From the NCBI GenBank assembly GCA_964486045.1, contig CAZALK010000011.1:32001-96000 (forward strand): a stretch of 64,000 nt of DNA. Direction: 5' to 3'. This document shows positions 21,450-32,023 of this stretch, in pieces. Below the pieces are notes generated by a model. That model had not been told where the DNA came from and did no database searches. It worked only from the letters and a program-made list of their open reading frames with translations. Made by a program: the position numbers and the translations under genes. How positions within the stretch are numbered: position 1 is the stretch's first letter; the number at the start of each line of letters is the position of its first letter. The stretch comes from an uncultured archaeon (GTDB lineage Archaea; Asgardarchaeota; Lokiarchaeia; Sigyniarchaeales; SOKP01).

Positions 21450-21626
21450 ATGATAAGAGATTCCTCCTTAAAAAATAATACAAGAGATATTGCAAAATTT
21501 GAAGAAAATATTACTAACATCTTAGATCGTGCTGTAAATCTCTTTAGAAGAACAGATCTCCCCGAACTCGCTGATAAATGGGATAAAATCTTAAATACAT
21601 ATCGATCTAAAAAGAAAAGTAGTTAG
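21450..21626 (+). CDS. small helical hypothetical protein or gene remnant (58 aa)
   Basis: Manual ORF MIRDSSLKNNTRDIAKFEENITNILDRAVNLFRRTDLPELADKWDKILNTYRSKKKSS fills an otherwise empty gap. Confidence 0.4.
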   Translation: MIRDSSLKNNTRDIAKFEENITNILDRAVNLFRRTDLPELADKWDKILNTYRSKKKSS

Positions 21627-21710
21627 TTTGGAGTAAAATGTTAACTTTTTAGGATATATTTTTTTCTTTTAATTTTTAACTTTCTTTTAGAGCAAAATTT
21701 CACGATAAAT

Positions 21711-22283
21711 TCATAAAACTCCTTTAGTTGATGGAATCTCTTCTGAGATGACCATTTTTGCTTGTCGGATGGATATTGCTAAAGATTTAAACGCGGCTTC
21801 AACTTTATGGTGCTGATCTTCCCCATAAAGAATATGTAGATGCAGGTTCATTTTAGCATTTTCAGCAAAAGAAGTAAAAAAATGTGTGATATCTTCAACA
21901 GCAACATTTTCTATTTCACATTCATTTAAGTTTAAGTCAAGAATCAAAGCTTGTCGACCACTAAAATCTAATGCACATCTCGCAAGGGTTTCATCCATCG
22001 GAATTAGGGCAGATCCATACCTACATATACCTTTTTTATCACCTAATGCTTTTTGAAAGCATTTTCCTAGTGAGATTCCTATATCTTCAATAATATGATG
22101 ATTTAAATCTCCTGTTGCTTTTACCTTAAGATCACAATTAGAATGTTTTGCTAACAATATTAGCATATGATCCATAAATTTAACACTAGTATCAATTGAA
22201 TTTTCTCCAGAGCCATCCAAATTTAATTCAATTGTTATTTCGGTTTCACTTGTTTTTCTTATAACCTTAGCTGTTCTTCCCAT
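21711..22283 (-). CDS. hisB: imidazoleglycerol-phosphate dehydratase
   Basis: RKTSET, FMDHML, HHIIED, PMDE, HHKVEAAFK, PSTKGVL. Confidence 0.96.
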   Translation of the reverse strand: MGRTAKVIRKTSETEITIELNLDGSGENSIDTSVKFMDHMLILLAKHSNCDLKVKATGDLNHHIIEDIGISLGKCFQKALGDKKGICRYGSALIPMDETLARCALDFSGRQALILDLNLNECEIENVAVEDITHFFTSFAENAKMNLHLHILYGEDQHHKVEAAFKSLAISIRQAKMVISEEIPSTKGVL

Positions 22284-22350
22284 ATTGTTATCACCAAGAA
22301 ATAATATTAAAACAAAGATTATAATTTTTAGGAATTTTCAATCAAGTATC

Positions 22351-23748
22351 ATGTTGAAAATTTCATTCATTGGTGCTGGTTCTTTAATTTTTGGAAGAAA
22401 TGTTATCACTGACATCTTAACGTTCCCTGCTTTTCGCAACAATACAGTAATTTGCCTTGAAGATGTTGATCCAAAGCGTTTAGATTTAATGTTTAACTAT
22501 ATGCAAAAATATAAAGAGTCTTATCCCCAAGACACAGAAGGGATTGTCTTTGAAAAAACAACAAACCAGAAAAAGGCTGTAGAAGATGCAAAATATATTA
22601 TTAATGCGGTTCATATTGGTGGCTTAGATGCTTTTAAATTAGATATAGAAATACCCTTTAAGTATGGTGTAACACAATGTGTTGGAGATACACTAGGTCC
22701 TGGTGGTGTTTTTCGTTTCCTAAGAAGTGTTCTATTTTTTAAATCACTTTTGAAAGATATTAAAGATGTTGGATACAATCCAAGAAAATCTGAGACAAAA
22801 CCATTAATCCTAAATTATACCAATCCCATGGCAATCAACACTTGGTTTTGTAATATTGTTTCACCAGATTCTACTATTGGATTATGTCATGGAGTACAAG
22901 GAACTGCTGCTTTATTAAGGGATTTAATTAGTTCGGAGAAATCAATTGAATTGTCTAATAGAGATTTTAGTTATATGTGTGCAGGTATTAATCATATGGC
23001 TTGGTTTCTGGAAGCTAAATATCGAAATCCTGAAATTCTTAATGGAGCTTGGATAGATGCTTATCCAGTTTTAAATAAAATAATAAAAAACAAACCTAAA
23101 TCTGTGTTAACAGAAAAACTCCGTTTTGACATGATGAAAGCAACAGGTTATTTTATGACGGAATCCTCTGGACATCTCAGTGAATATCTTCCTTACTACC
23201 GAAAGAGAGAAGATCTTTTAGAAAAGTATAAAGGAGGTAACAAAGGACATAGAAGTCTGAAACATTCAGAAGATTATAACATGCAATTTATACAACAAGG
23301 TGATATGGAAGAAAATTTCAAGAAGAGAATGGCGAATAAAACATTAAAATATAAAGAGAAACCCTCAGGAGAATATGCTTCCAGGATAATTAATGCTCTG
23401 GAAACAGGTAGGCCATTCCGATTTAATGGGAATATATTAAATAAGGAGAGGGCTTTTATTACCAATCTCCCAATAGACTGCTGTGTTGAAATGTCAGTAT
23501 TCGCAGATAGACATGGATTACATCCTCAGGGGGGAATAAAACTACCTACTATCTGTCAAGCGTTATGTATGTCAAATATCATGGTACAAAAAGCAGCTGT
23601 AGAAGGGGCGGTTGAATTAAATAAGGATAAGATTTTTCATGCTGTGATGTTAGATCCAAATACTGCCAGCGTTAGTTCTCCTACTGAAATTCAAGAGATG
23701 GTTGATGAGATGTTCGAAAAGGAAGCAAAATGGATACCGCAATTTTAA
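22351..23748 (+). CDS. melA: GH4 NAD-dependent alpha-galactosidase/alpha-glucosidase (MelA-like)
   Basis: KISFIGAGS, GDTLGPGG, NYTNPM, GLCHGVQ, AGINHMAW, TESSGHLSEY. True start is ATG 22351, 67 bp from the divergent hisB. Confidence 0.9.
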   Translation: MLKISFIGAGSLIFGRNVITDILTFPAFRNNTVICLEDVDPKRLDLMFNYMQKYKESYPQDTEGIVFEKTTNQKKAVEDAKYIINAVHIGGLDAFKLDIEIPFKYGVTQCVGDTLGPGGVFRFLRSVLFFKSLLKDIKDVGYNPRKSETKPLILNYTNPMAINTWFCNIVSPDSTIGLCHGVQGTAALLRDLISSEKSIELSNRDFSYMCAGINHMAWFLEAKYRNPEILNGAWIDAYPVLNKIIKNKPKSVLTEKLRFDMMKATGYFMTESSGHLSEYLPYYRKREDLLEKYKGGNKGHRSLKHSEDYNMQFIQQGDMEENFKKRMANKTLKYKEKPSGEYASRIINALETGRPFRFNGNILNKERAFITNLPIDCCVEMSVFADRHGLHPQGGIKLPTICQALCMSNIMVQKAAVEGAVELNKDKIFHAVMLDPNTASVSSPTEIQEMVDEMFEKEAKWIPQF

Positions 23749-25640
23749 CGATTCATAAATTCTAAAATATGTTGTTTATGTGATTCTGGAATTGTGTAAA
23801 TAATAAATACAAGATCGTCTACAATTTTTTGTATTTGTCTTATTTTTTTGTCACTTTTTTCATTAGAATTCAATAAGATTTTAGTGTTTTCTATTATTTT
23901 TGACGCTATTTTTCTTTCCTCTTTACTCTCAGGAACTTTTATAGGGAGATCTTTAATTTTTTCAATCAAAATTCGTGGAAACAGCTTTTTATAAGAACCA
24001 AATAATTGGGTAAAATAATAAGATAAGAGTAAAGAATTAAGTATTCCAAGTAAATATATATTGTTAAACTCCTTGACAGGAGATTGACAGACTTTTAAAT
24101 TATAGAAAGACTGAGATGTAAAAGATAAATTTTTATCATATGTGGCACATATAAGGTTCTTTTGGCTCAATTGTCTAATTATTATTCTATCATTATAGAT
24201 TTCCAAGTTCTTATAATTAATACCAATTTTGTTTGTGTTGATATATTTATATTCTTTTATCTCATATCGGTTTAATGAATAGATAAACAATTTAAATATG
24301 CCTTTATCTTCTATAGGAACGGAATCAGATATTATCTTTTCAATACTTTCTCGCTTTAGATCACATTTGCAATTAGGGCATATTAAATCTTTTTTGGGTA
24401 AAGGGATAAATTTTTGACAATCAATACAGAAAATAATCTTTCCTGTCTTAGTTAGTTCCACACCTCTGCTTAATAAAATTCTAAAATCCTTTTTTGTTAT
24501 TAACTCATTCAATTTAGGGTTTTTCTTGTTTAAATTACTAAGAATTGAGATATCAATATCATCAATATCGATTAAAAATTTAAAATTCCAATTCTTGAAA
24601 GAACTTTGGAGAATCTTATTTTGCTGTAGATCTCTTGTTTTTGTGTCAATCCAGTTCTTTTCCCTGTTATTAACATATTTCTCTTTTTCCATAATAATAA
24701 TTATGTTTGAAACCACGGACATATGGAACGAAGGTCCAATATGATAAATCTCTTTAATCTTTGTGTGATCATAAATATATTTTCTAATTATTGAACGATT
24801 TGATAAAGCTAGCAAGGAATCTGGGACAATATATCCAAGTAGACCCTTATTTTTTAGAAATTTAATTCCCAGTTCAATAAAAATTTGAAAATAATCATAT
24901 TGACCCTTATTTGTGTAAAAACAATTCTCTTTAATTATCCGTTTCTGCTCTTGTGGAATATCCCTTATAAATAAATATGGTGGATTGCCCACTACAAAGT
25001 CAAATTGGTCTGTTTCTGTGATTATTAAAGCATTTTGGTTTTTTATATTAAAAATAGGAAAATGGTAATCGCTTTCCTCAATTCGGATTTCCTTCAAGAA
25101 TTCGAAAAGAATAAAATGAATATGGATTTGGCACAATATACAAGCAATTGGATTTATATCTATACCATAAATATTTTGTTTAACACTCGAGACTATTAAT
25201 CTAGCTCTTTCAGCAATTGAACCTAAATTTTCCCATCCCTTGCAATTTTTATAAAATCTATTAATTAAAACTCTGATGGCTTGAGCAAGAAAGCTTCCTG
25301 AACCACAGCTTATATCAATTAATTTTTTATTTTCAATTTTTTTTTTAGGATTAAATCCTACAGCTTCTAAAATATAACTCACAATTTGATTTGGTGTATA
25401 GAATTCGCCTAATTTTTTACGTTCCTTGGGAGAAATTTTCTGCTCATATTCATTCCCAAAAATATCAGGATGAGTAATCGATAAATCAAAATTTCTGCTA
25501 AAATCTGTTAAAGGATGGTCATTTCCACAAATATTCTTCAAATATTCTTCTAGAACGCATTTTAGATGTGGAACCTTATAATGTTCTATAAGTTTCTGAA
25601 TAATTTTGTCTTTCCTCAAATAGTCGAAGAAATCTTTCAT
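23745..25640 (-). CDS. N6-adenine DNA methyltransferase, gamma class (TaqI/Eco57I-like) with TaqI_C-like TRD and Zn-ribbon insertion
   Basis: GEFYTP, DISCGSGSFL, GIDIN, VVGNPPY, LLGILNS; CxxC..CxxC insertion in the TRD region. Confidence 0.88.
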   Translation of the reverse strand: MKDFFDYLRKDKIIQKLIEHYKVPHLKCVLEEYLKNICGNDHPLTDFSRNFDLSITHPDIFGNEYEQKISPKERKKLGEFYTPNQIVSYILEAVGFNPKKKIENKKLIDISCGSGSFLAQAIRVLINRFYKNCKGWENLGSIAERARLIVSSVKQNIYGIDINPIACILCQIHIHFILFEFLKEIRIEESDYHFPIFNIKNQNALIITETDQFDFVVGNPPYLFIRDIPQEQKRIIKENCFYTNKGQYDYFQIFIELGIKFLKNKGLLGYIVPDSLLALSNRSIIRKYIYDHTKIKEIYHIGPSFHMSVVSNIIIIMEKEKYVNNREKNWIDTKTRDLQQNKILQSSFKNWNFKFLIDIDDIDISILSNLNKKNPKLNELITKKDFRILLSRGVELTKTGKIIFCIDCQKFIPLPKKDLICPNCKCDLKRESIEKIISDSVPIEDKGIFKLFIYSLNRYEIKEYKYINTNKIGINYKNLEIYNDRIIIRQLSQKNLICATYDKNLSFTSQSFYNLKVCQSPVKEFNNIYLLGILNSLLLSYYFTQLFGSYKKLFPRILIEKIKDLPIKVPESKEERKIASKIIENTKILLNSNEKSDKKIRQIQKIVDDLVFIIYTIPESHKQHILEFMNR

Positions 25641-25857
25641 ACGGGATTAAATGAATAAGTTCTTTTCTATTATTATTGTTTTTATTTATTTCTTTTTTAT
25701 TATTTGCTATTTAATAAAACAGCTTATTTGATTCGGGAAATAAAGTATGAATTGTAGTGACTTTGTAATGTAATATTTGATATAATACATATTTATATAA
25801 TATTGATATATATATCCTTTAGCTGAACAAAGAAATCATCTCCAACGAGGGAGTATA

Positions 25858-26979
25858 ATGATTCCGATAAGTATTTTTCCTATGATAGTTTCAATCGTGA
25901 TTTCTATGATTGGTATTATATACAGTTATTTAAATCGGGAGAATTATGGGACTTTGTTGAATGTCTCGCTAAATATTCTGCTTTATCTCTTTTTAGGAGT
26001 AATATTTTCAATATTATATGTTCTTTCTGCATACGTAGATTTAAATATAAGCACAGCGTTATTGATTTGGAAAATTTCAATTATTTTTTGGACGATTTCT
26101 ATAAGCCTTTTAAGCCTCCTTCAAGTTGCTGTTATTAGGTTCAAAAATTTAACACCGCTCCCCTCTATTTTCTACGCCTTAATAGGGGGTTTTGTTATAA
26201 GCCAATTATATCTTTCAAATTCAATTGAAATTCTCGAAGGTTCCGACTCTCATTATTATTTTGTATTTAATAATTGGTTGTTCCCGTTTTCTCTTATTAC
26301 ATTTAATATAATGATCGTAACTATTATGTGGTATAATTTTACTTCCAATTTCTCGAGTTTTCGAGATAAAGCAAGAGGTAGAAATTTAGGTTTTCTTACT
26401 ATTCACTTTACACTAATTATATTCATTTATTCCCTGCATCTGATTTTTCAAAGTATTATTTTTAGATATCTTTATTTAATAGTTTACCTAATTGGGTCAT
26501 TAATTGCAACGTATAATATATTCAAGCGACCTACTTTGTTTTTTGAGTTGACAAATAAAATTTTTGATTTCATTATTTTCCACAAGAGTGGAATTCTTTT
26601 ATATTCATATAATTTTGAAACAGGAAAGGAAACAGATGAATCTCTACTTAAAGGTTCAATATTAATAGGAATAAATCATATTCTCTCTAATTTCATAGAC
26701 AAAAAAGATCAATTAAATCTTATCAAAATGAAGGAAAGGGAAATTGTTTTTGAATATGATAATACTCATGGGTATGCTATTCTCTTGACAACCAATCATA
26801 GAAATAATTTCATAGAAAAAGCAGTTAGTAGTTTTATGGAAAAATTTACAAAATTGAATAAAGAAAAATTGAAAAGCATGCAAGGTATTATAGATATTTC
26901 AGAATTTAAGAATGCTAGGGAATTAATTCTCGAAAATTTTGACCCCTATATCTCAAATGATTTAAAGTCTAAGAATTAA
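25858..26979 (+). CDS. multi-pass (~7 TM) membrane protein with C-terminal longin-like domain
   Basis: About 7 hydrophobic helices, then IFHKSGILLYSYNF..GINHILSNF..IVFEYD..YAILL. Confidence 0.65.
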   Translation: MIPISIFPMIVSIVISMIGIIYSYLNRENYGTLLNVSLNILLYLFLGVIFSILYVLSAYVDLNISTALLIWKISIIFWTISISLLSLLQVAVIRFKNLTPLPSIFYALIGGFVISQLYLSNSIEILEGSDSHYYFVFNNWLFPFSLITFNIMIVTIMWYNFTSNFSSFRDKARGRNLGFLTIHFTLIIFIYSLHLIFQSIIFRYLYLIVYLIGSLIATYNIFKRPTLFFELTNKIFDFIIFHKSGILLYSYNFETGKETDESLLKGSILIGINHILSNFIDKKDQLNLIKMKEREIVFEYDNTHGYAILLTTNHRNNFIEKAVSSFMEKFTKLNKEKLKSMQGIIDISEFKNARELILENFDPYISNDLKSKN

Positions 26980-27180
26980 TTACAATTATTTCTTTTTAAT
27001 TATTTTTCCAAGCCGAAGCTATTGATTGTATTTTAACAAATGAATGTTTCGGAAGAAAAACCTTAATTATAAAATTTGAATCTATTCTATCTATCAGAGC
27101 TATGTTTTAAAAGAATAAATTTAAGTTATTCCCAAATATAATAGTAATAGAATACGTGAATTCCTCCCTTTAAATTAACC

Positions 27181-28326
27181 ATGAATGTATTATTTTTTAT
27201 TTTATTGGCAATTGGGTATATTTTCATTTTTTGTATATGTATTTTTACCCTAATTCATTTAATTCGTTTTAAAGAAAAATTTGGGGTGAAACTAATTGCC
27301 TATATTAATTTTTTAGCAGTGTTCATTGCAATAATAATATACTCATCCTTATATTTTACATCTATTACAATATATTTTTCAGAGAGTCTGAATTTAATTC
27401 TGTGGAAACTTTCAATTGCTTCAGGAATTTTAAGTTTCTTATTTATTTCTCTTATGTTCACCTTCTTAAAAGAATTTAAGAAAATCCCTGATTTTCCATT
27501 TTTATATTTCTTGACACTTTTTGGGTTTTTGATAGGTTTTTTATTTTTTCCTGATTCAATAAAAATAAATAGTAGTATTTCTAATTCTCCCCCTTTCCTC
27601 CAAATAAACTCATCTACTGTTAATTATTCTTTTAGTGTTATAGTTAAGATTATAATTATTCTTTTTTATGGCTCCATCCTGATTTATTTTTCCTTTCTCA
27701 CAATTATGATTAATCAAAGAACATGGAATGAAGAAAGAGCAAAGAAAATGATTCTAAATACAGTAATTTTTAGCTTCCCAATATTATCGCTCATCTTACA
27801 CATTTTGTCAGAACTTCCAGTTTTTAGAGAAATGCATATTCTATTTTTTTGGATTACACTGTTGGGGATATGTATAACCTTGCTTAAAAAGCCAGAAATG
27901 TTTATAGAATTAACAAACCAGATTTATTATATTAATATCTATCATAAATCAGGGATTTTACTCTACTCTTATCAATTTGATCAAACTAAAAGTGAAACAG
28001 ATTCAGCCATATGGGGAAATATTCTTATTGGGTTAAATCAAATTTTATCTGAATTTGTAGATAAACAAAATCAAATCGATGTTCTTCAAACGAAGAACAC
28101 GGATATAATTGTGCATTATGACGACTTTGGGTTTGCTGTTGTTTTGATTGCAAAAAAAAAAAATATCATCCTTCAAAATCTAATGAAGAAATTTACTGTA
28201 GAATTTAGAGATAAATATAAAGAAGAATTGCTTGAAATTCAAGATCTTAACAAATTGATTAATGTTTCTGGGTTTACTGAAACAAAAGAACTAATAGAAA
28301 AAGGATTTCAACTTTACATTTCGTAA
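27181..28326 (+). CDS. multi-pass (~7 TM) membrane protein with C-terminal longin-like domain (tandem paralog)
   Basis: Same architecture; IYHKSGILLYSYQF..GLNQILSEF. Confidence 0.65.
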   Translation: MNVLFFILLAIGYIFIFCICIFTLIHLIRFKEKFGVKLIAYINFLAVFIAIIIYSSLYFTSITIYFSESLNLILWKLSIASGILSFLFISLMFTFLKEFKKIPDFPFLYFLTLFGFLIGFLFFPDSIKINSSISNSPPFLQINSSTVNYSFSVIVKIIIILFYGSILIYFSFLTIMINQRTWNEERAKKMILNTVIFSFPILSLILHILSELPVFREMHILFFWITLLGICITLLKKPEMFIELTNQIYYINIYHKSGILLYSYQFDQTKSETDSAIWGNILIGLNQILSEFVDKQNQIDVLQTKNTDIIVHYDDFGFAVVLIAKKKNIILQNLMKKFTVEFRDKYKEELLEIQDLNKLINVSGFTETKELIEKGFQLYIS

Positions 28327-28469
28327 TATTTATAGTTCAGTCTAAATGGTATTCGCTTTTATATTAATAATTTATTAAAATTGGACTATACAACTATTTA
28401 ACAATTCATAAATTAAAAACTCTTAAGTAAAAAAAACAAGTCTAATAATATCAATTTGGTGTTCTTAAA

Positions 28470-29090
28470 ATGGCATTAAAATTTTGCCCTAAATGTGGAA
28501 ATAAGTTGGACCCAGAGGCATCTTTTTGTAACACTTGTGGAGCAGACTTGAAAATTAAAACAGGCCCACCTGTTGTTACATCTCTTGTCGCTAAGACTCC
28601 TGAATTAAAACAAACTGCTGAAAAACAAGAGTCTATAACCGAAACTGTGATTTATGCGTACTTTTTGAAAAGAGTAATTGCAATATTCTTCGACACTATT
28701 ATAATCGGAATTGTCGGATCGTTCCTTTCGTGGATCATTATCAATCCCTTGGTCACTATTAATTTCTTTGATCCTTTAGGATTTACTTTAGGAGCATGGT
28801 GGTTCACTTTCCCTTTTGATTGGCTAGCCGGATTTTTGTACCACTGGCTTTTAGAGACACATAATAATGGTCAAACAATTGGAAAAATGGCAATGAGTAT
28901 TAGAACTGTTGATGAAAAAACTCTCGGACCAGCAAACTCAAAGAATCTAGCCCTAAGTAATATTTTCAAGAGTTCTCCATTTCTCATTTTAGATTTGATT
29001 ATAGGCGTTCTTAAAAATACAGGTGATCCTAAGAAAAGAATAAGAATTATGCAAAATGTCTCAGAAACAGTCGTAATTTTATCTAGATAA
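28470..29090 (+). CDS. zinc-ribbon plus RDD family membrane protein
   Basis: FCPKCG..FCNTCG; A.FLKRVIAIFFD; GQTIGK. Confidence 0.85.
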   Translation: MALKFCPKCGNKLDPEASFCNTCGADLKIKTGPPVVTSLVAKTPELKQTAEKQESITETVIYAYFLKRVIAIFFDTIIIGIVGSFLSWIIINPLVTINFFDPLGFTLGAWWFTFPFDWLAGFLYHWLLETHNNGQTIGKMAMSIRTVDEKTLGPANSKNLALSNIFKSSPFLILDLIIGVLKNTGDPKKRIRIMQNVSETVVILSR

Positions 29091-29205
29091 AATTTTACAC
29101 CAATTCTACACCTATTTTTTTTTCTTTACTTTATTTTTTTAAGTAATCAGAAATCTGTATGATCCTCAATATTTATATAGGTGAATTTATATAAATTAAC
29201 TCAGT

Positions 29206-29406
29206 ATGCAAACATATCAAGATTATCAATGGGCTCATGATTGGAATATTATTGTGAAGATATTTGACACCATTGATGATTTAAAATCACAATTTAAACA
29301 ATTAGATGTTACCTATTTGCGTGAAATTCAACAAAAAATCATAGTTTTAAACCTTGAAAAATATGCTTTTTCTTTGCAAAACTATATTATTCAGAAATAT
29401 TCGTGA
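29206..29406 (+). CDS. small hypothetical protein (66 aa)
   Basis: ATG ORF with an upstream TTTATATA box, filling an intergenic gap. Confidence 0.6.
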   Translation: MQTYQDYQWAHDWNIIVKIFDTIDDLKSQFKQLDVTYLREIQQKIIVLNLEKYAFSLQNYIIQKYS

Positions 29407-29523
29407 GAATAAATTACTTGATTTTTTTAAATGATAACACTTTAGTCTAATTTCAAATTGTGGAAATCTATATTAAGTAATCCTTCAAATATATATAGAA
29501 AGTTACTAAGTTGTGACTAATTT

Positions 29524-30930
29524 ATGAATGAATCAAAGATACAACCAGAAATAAAATTTGAAGGATATGGAAAAAGACAAAAATGGAGTTTTGGGATGGC
29601 TTCATTTGCTCAATTCTTTATTAATACGTCGTTCAATACTTGGGTCCTAACATTTTACTTTGCAGCTGTCGGATTAGCTATGGGATATATCATGCTCGCA
29701 TTTGTCTTGTGGGCTATTTGGAATGCGATTAATGATCCACTTATTGGATATCTTTCAGATCGTACTAATACTCGTTGGGGCCGCCGAAGGCCTTATTTAA
29801 TGATTGGATTAATTCCCGTACTTATCATTGAACTTATACTATGGTTGCCGCCTGTGGGTAATCAGATACTAGGATTCGTTTATTTACTTATCATGTTAAT
29901 CAGTTACGATACATTTTATACCATGCTCGCCCTTCCAACAGATAGTTTATTTCCTGAATTATATACATCTGAAGAAGAAAGAGCTGAAGTAAACACCATT
30001 AGACAAATCTTATCAACTATCGGTTTAATCTTAGCATTTTTAGTTCCAGGGTTGTTTATTGGGGACATCACTGAACCATCTGGTTATCTAATTAATGGGA
30101 TAGTTACATCAGTTATTGTGGGTATAACTATGCTTATTTTTATAAAATGGGGTGCTAAAGAACGTTCAGAATTTCAAATGGACCATCACCATGAATTCAA
30201 ATTTTTCCAAGGCTTAAAATATACTTTTAAAAATAAAGGATTTCTCCTTTATACGGCAATATTTTTCTTATATGAATACACAATTCTCGTTTTAGCTACT
30301 ACTGTTCCATTGTTTGCTGTTAAAGTACTAGGTGTAGCAGAGGAAGATACTTTACTTACAGCATTACTGCTAGGAATAATGTTTATTATTGCTATTATAT
30401 CGGTGTTTATTTGGAAGAAATTAGATTTGCTATTTGGGAGTAAAAAAGCATATGCGATTTCGATTATTGCTTATCTTTTAGCATCAATTCCATTAATATT
30501 TGTTTCAAATTTCCTTTCAGGATTGATTACAGTAATAAGCATGGGATTTGGATTTGGAGGAATGCTATATTTTATTTATCTTATTATAGCAGATGTCATT
30601 GACGAGGACGAGATTAAAACAGGTGTAAGACGAGAGGGGACCTTCTTTGGAATTACAAACTTCTTTATGCGACTTTCTATGATTTTATCAATAGTAACAG
30701 TTGGATTAGTGTTCACAGGGGCCGGTTGGGAAGAATATACGGCGATTTCAGGAGAAATTGAAACAATAATAGGTCTTAAACTTCTCGTTTTCTTATTTCC
30801 AGCAATTGCCCTTAGTTTATCATTAGTGTGCTTATATTTTTATCCCTTTTCAAAATCGAGGGTTGAGGAAATAAAGGTAAAATTAAATGAGTTACATAAA
30901 GAAAAGAAAGAACGAATTAAGGCTACTTAA
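29524..30930 (+). CDS. MFS glycoside-pentoside-hexuronide (GPH) transporter
   Basis: NAINDPLIGYLSDRTNTRWGRRRPY; ADVIDEDEIKTGVRREG; 12 TM. Confidence 0.92.
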   Translation: MNESKIQPEIKFEGYGKRQKWSFGMASFAQFFINTSFNTWVLTFYFAAVGLAMGYIMLAFVLWAIWNAINDPLIGYLSDRTNTRWGRRRPYLMIGLIPVLIIELILWLPPVGNQILGFVYLLIMLISYDTFYTMLALPTDSLFPELYTSEEERAEVNTIRQILSTIGLILAFLVPGLFIGDITEPSGYLINGIVTSVIVGITMLIFIKWGAKERSEFQMDHHHEFKFFQGLKYTFKNKGFLLYTAIFFLYEYTILVLATTVPLFAVKVLGVAEEDTLLTALLLGIMFIIAIISVFIWKKLDLLFGSKKAYAISIIAYLLASIPLIFVSNFLSGLITVISMGFGFGGMLYFIYLIIADVIDEDEIKTGVRREGTFFGITNFFMRLSMILSIVTVGLVFTGAGWEEYTAISGEIETIIGLKLLVFLFPAIALSLSLVCLYFYPFSKSRVEEIKVKLNELHKEKKERIKAT

Positions 30931-30953
30931 AAATAATTTCTTTTTTTTTATAT

Positions 30954-31040
30954 CTAAATCTCTTTGATAACCTGTTGTAGATATTTAATTAAATCTTCTC
31001 CATCACCCAACCCTGCAGAAAACCTAAAATGAGAATTTGA
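30954..31040 (-). pseudogene. C-terminal remnant of Cys/Met metabolism PLP enzyme (cystathionine gamma-lyase-like)
   Basis: SHFRFSAGLGDGEDLIKYLQQVIKEI* resembles the family C-terminal RLSVGLEDxEDLIxDLxQAL motif; no 5' part is present. Confidence 0.5.
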
Positions 31041-31067
31041 TATACAAATAGAGTATCATAAATTTTT

Positions 31068-31229
31068 TTGTCATTTACACCACCAGTTGTGGATCGAGTT
31101 ATTGAAGAAAAGCTTGTTTACTATATTAAAAATGTTGAAAAAAGAGCTATAGATCAATATAAAAAGGCTAATGGAATAACTACCGGGAATGTGTCTCTCC
31201 CCGGGAAAGATGTGACACTAGAAGACTAA
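31068..31229 (+). pseudogene. 53-codon ORF, probable C-terminal gene remnant
   Basis: SFTPPVVDRVIEEKLVYYIKNVEKR... looks like a C-terminal helix (loosely MttB-like) and sits back-to-back with the other remnant. Confidence 0.3.
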
Positions 31230-31249
31230 TAGGTTTTAAATCTCTTGAT

Positions 31250-31948
31250 TTAATTTCTTATTTTTTTTAAGAACTTGATAATGTCAACCTTTAACATAAG
31301 ATAAACTGTAATTACCGTAAAATATAAAGATGCTATACTAAAAATCCAATTTTCACCTCCTATGAATTGACAAATATTTAATACGTTATAGGCAAAAATA
31401 AGCATCAAACCATATTTTCCTAACCAAATAAATAAGATAGTTCTTTTCACATCATACTTAATTATCCCTAATGGAATTGTTACCATATCGTCATTTAAAG
31501 GAGTAAATCCGAAAAGGAAGATGAGAAAAGGAGCTAACTTTGGATGATTAACTAAATACATTTGATAATTCTTTAGTTTTTCCATTCTATCATCTGAAAT
31601 TATTTCAGCAGCACCTCTACCAACTAAATACCCTCCCATCTCCCCAATTAAGCATCCTAGTGATGCGGTAAACCCCACTAATAATGGAAAGAAAAAATTC
31701 ATCTGAAGAAAGGGTAGGGAGGAGAAACAAACCACGAATATATAAGGTGTTGGCACAGGGAGCAAATTTCCTACTAAACAAACCCAAAAAGTTATAAGTA
31801 GTCCAGTGCCTAAATTTTGGAAAGAGGCATATTTAGAAATATTTTCAATAGCCTGACGGTGAGAAATATTTATTAATAAATCAATTGAAATGATGGAGAT
31901 TATAATTATTAGAATTAAAAAAATATAATCTGCTTTCTTTAATTTCAA
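31250..31948 (-). CDS. DedA/VTT (SNARE-associated Golgi protein) family membrane protein
   Basis: NLLPVP, GCLIGEMGGYLVGRG, FLFGFTPLNDDM..IPLG. Confidence 0.85.
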   Translation of the reverse strand: MKLKKADYIFLILIIIISIISIDLLINISHRQAIENISKYASFQNLGTGLLITFWVCLVGNLLPVPTPYIFVVCFSSLPFLQMNFFFPLLVGFTASLGCLIGEMGGYLVGRGAAEIISDDRMEKLKNYQMYLVNHPKLAPFLIFLFGFTPLNDDMVTIPLGIIKYDVKRTILFIWLGKYGLMLIFAYNVLNICQFIGGENWIFSIASLYFTVITVYLMLKVDIIKFLKKIRN

Positions 31949-32023
31949 TACTTGATTTGATTTTTAATTTAATTAAGGTAAATAAAAGACTCTGAATTTT
32001 ATAGTTATTGATTTGACTTTAAA

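Noticed and set aside
22285-22350. ORF-track N-terminal extension of the GH4 gene
   Set aside because: It would abut the divergent hisB start, and the family N-terminus begins at ATG 22351.
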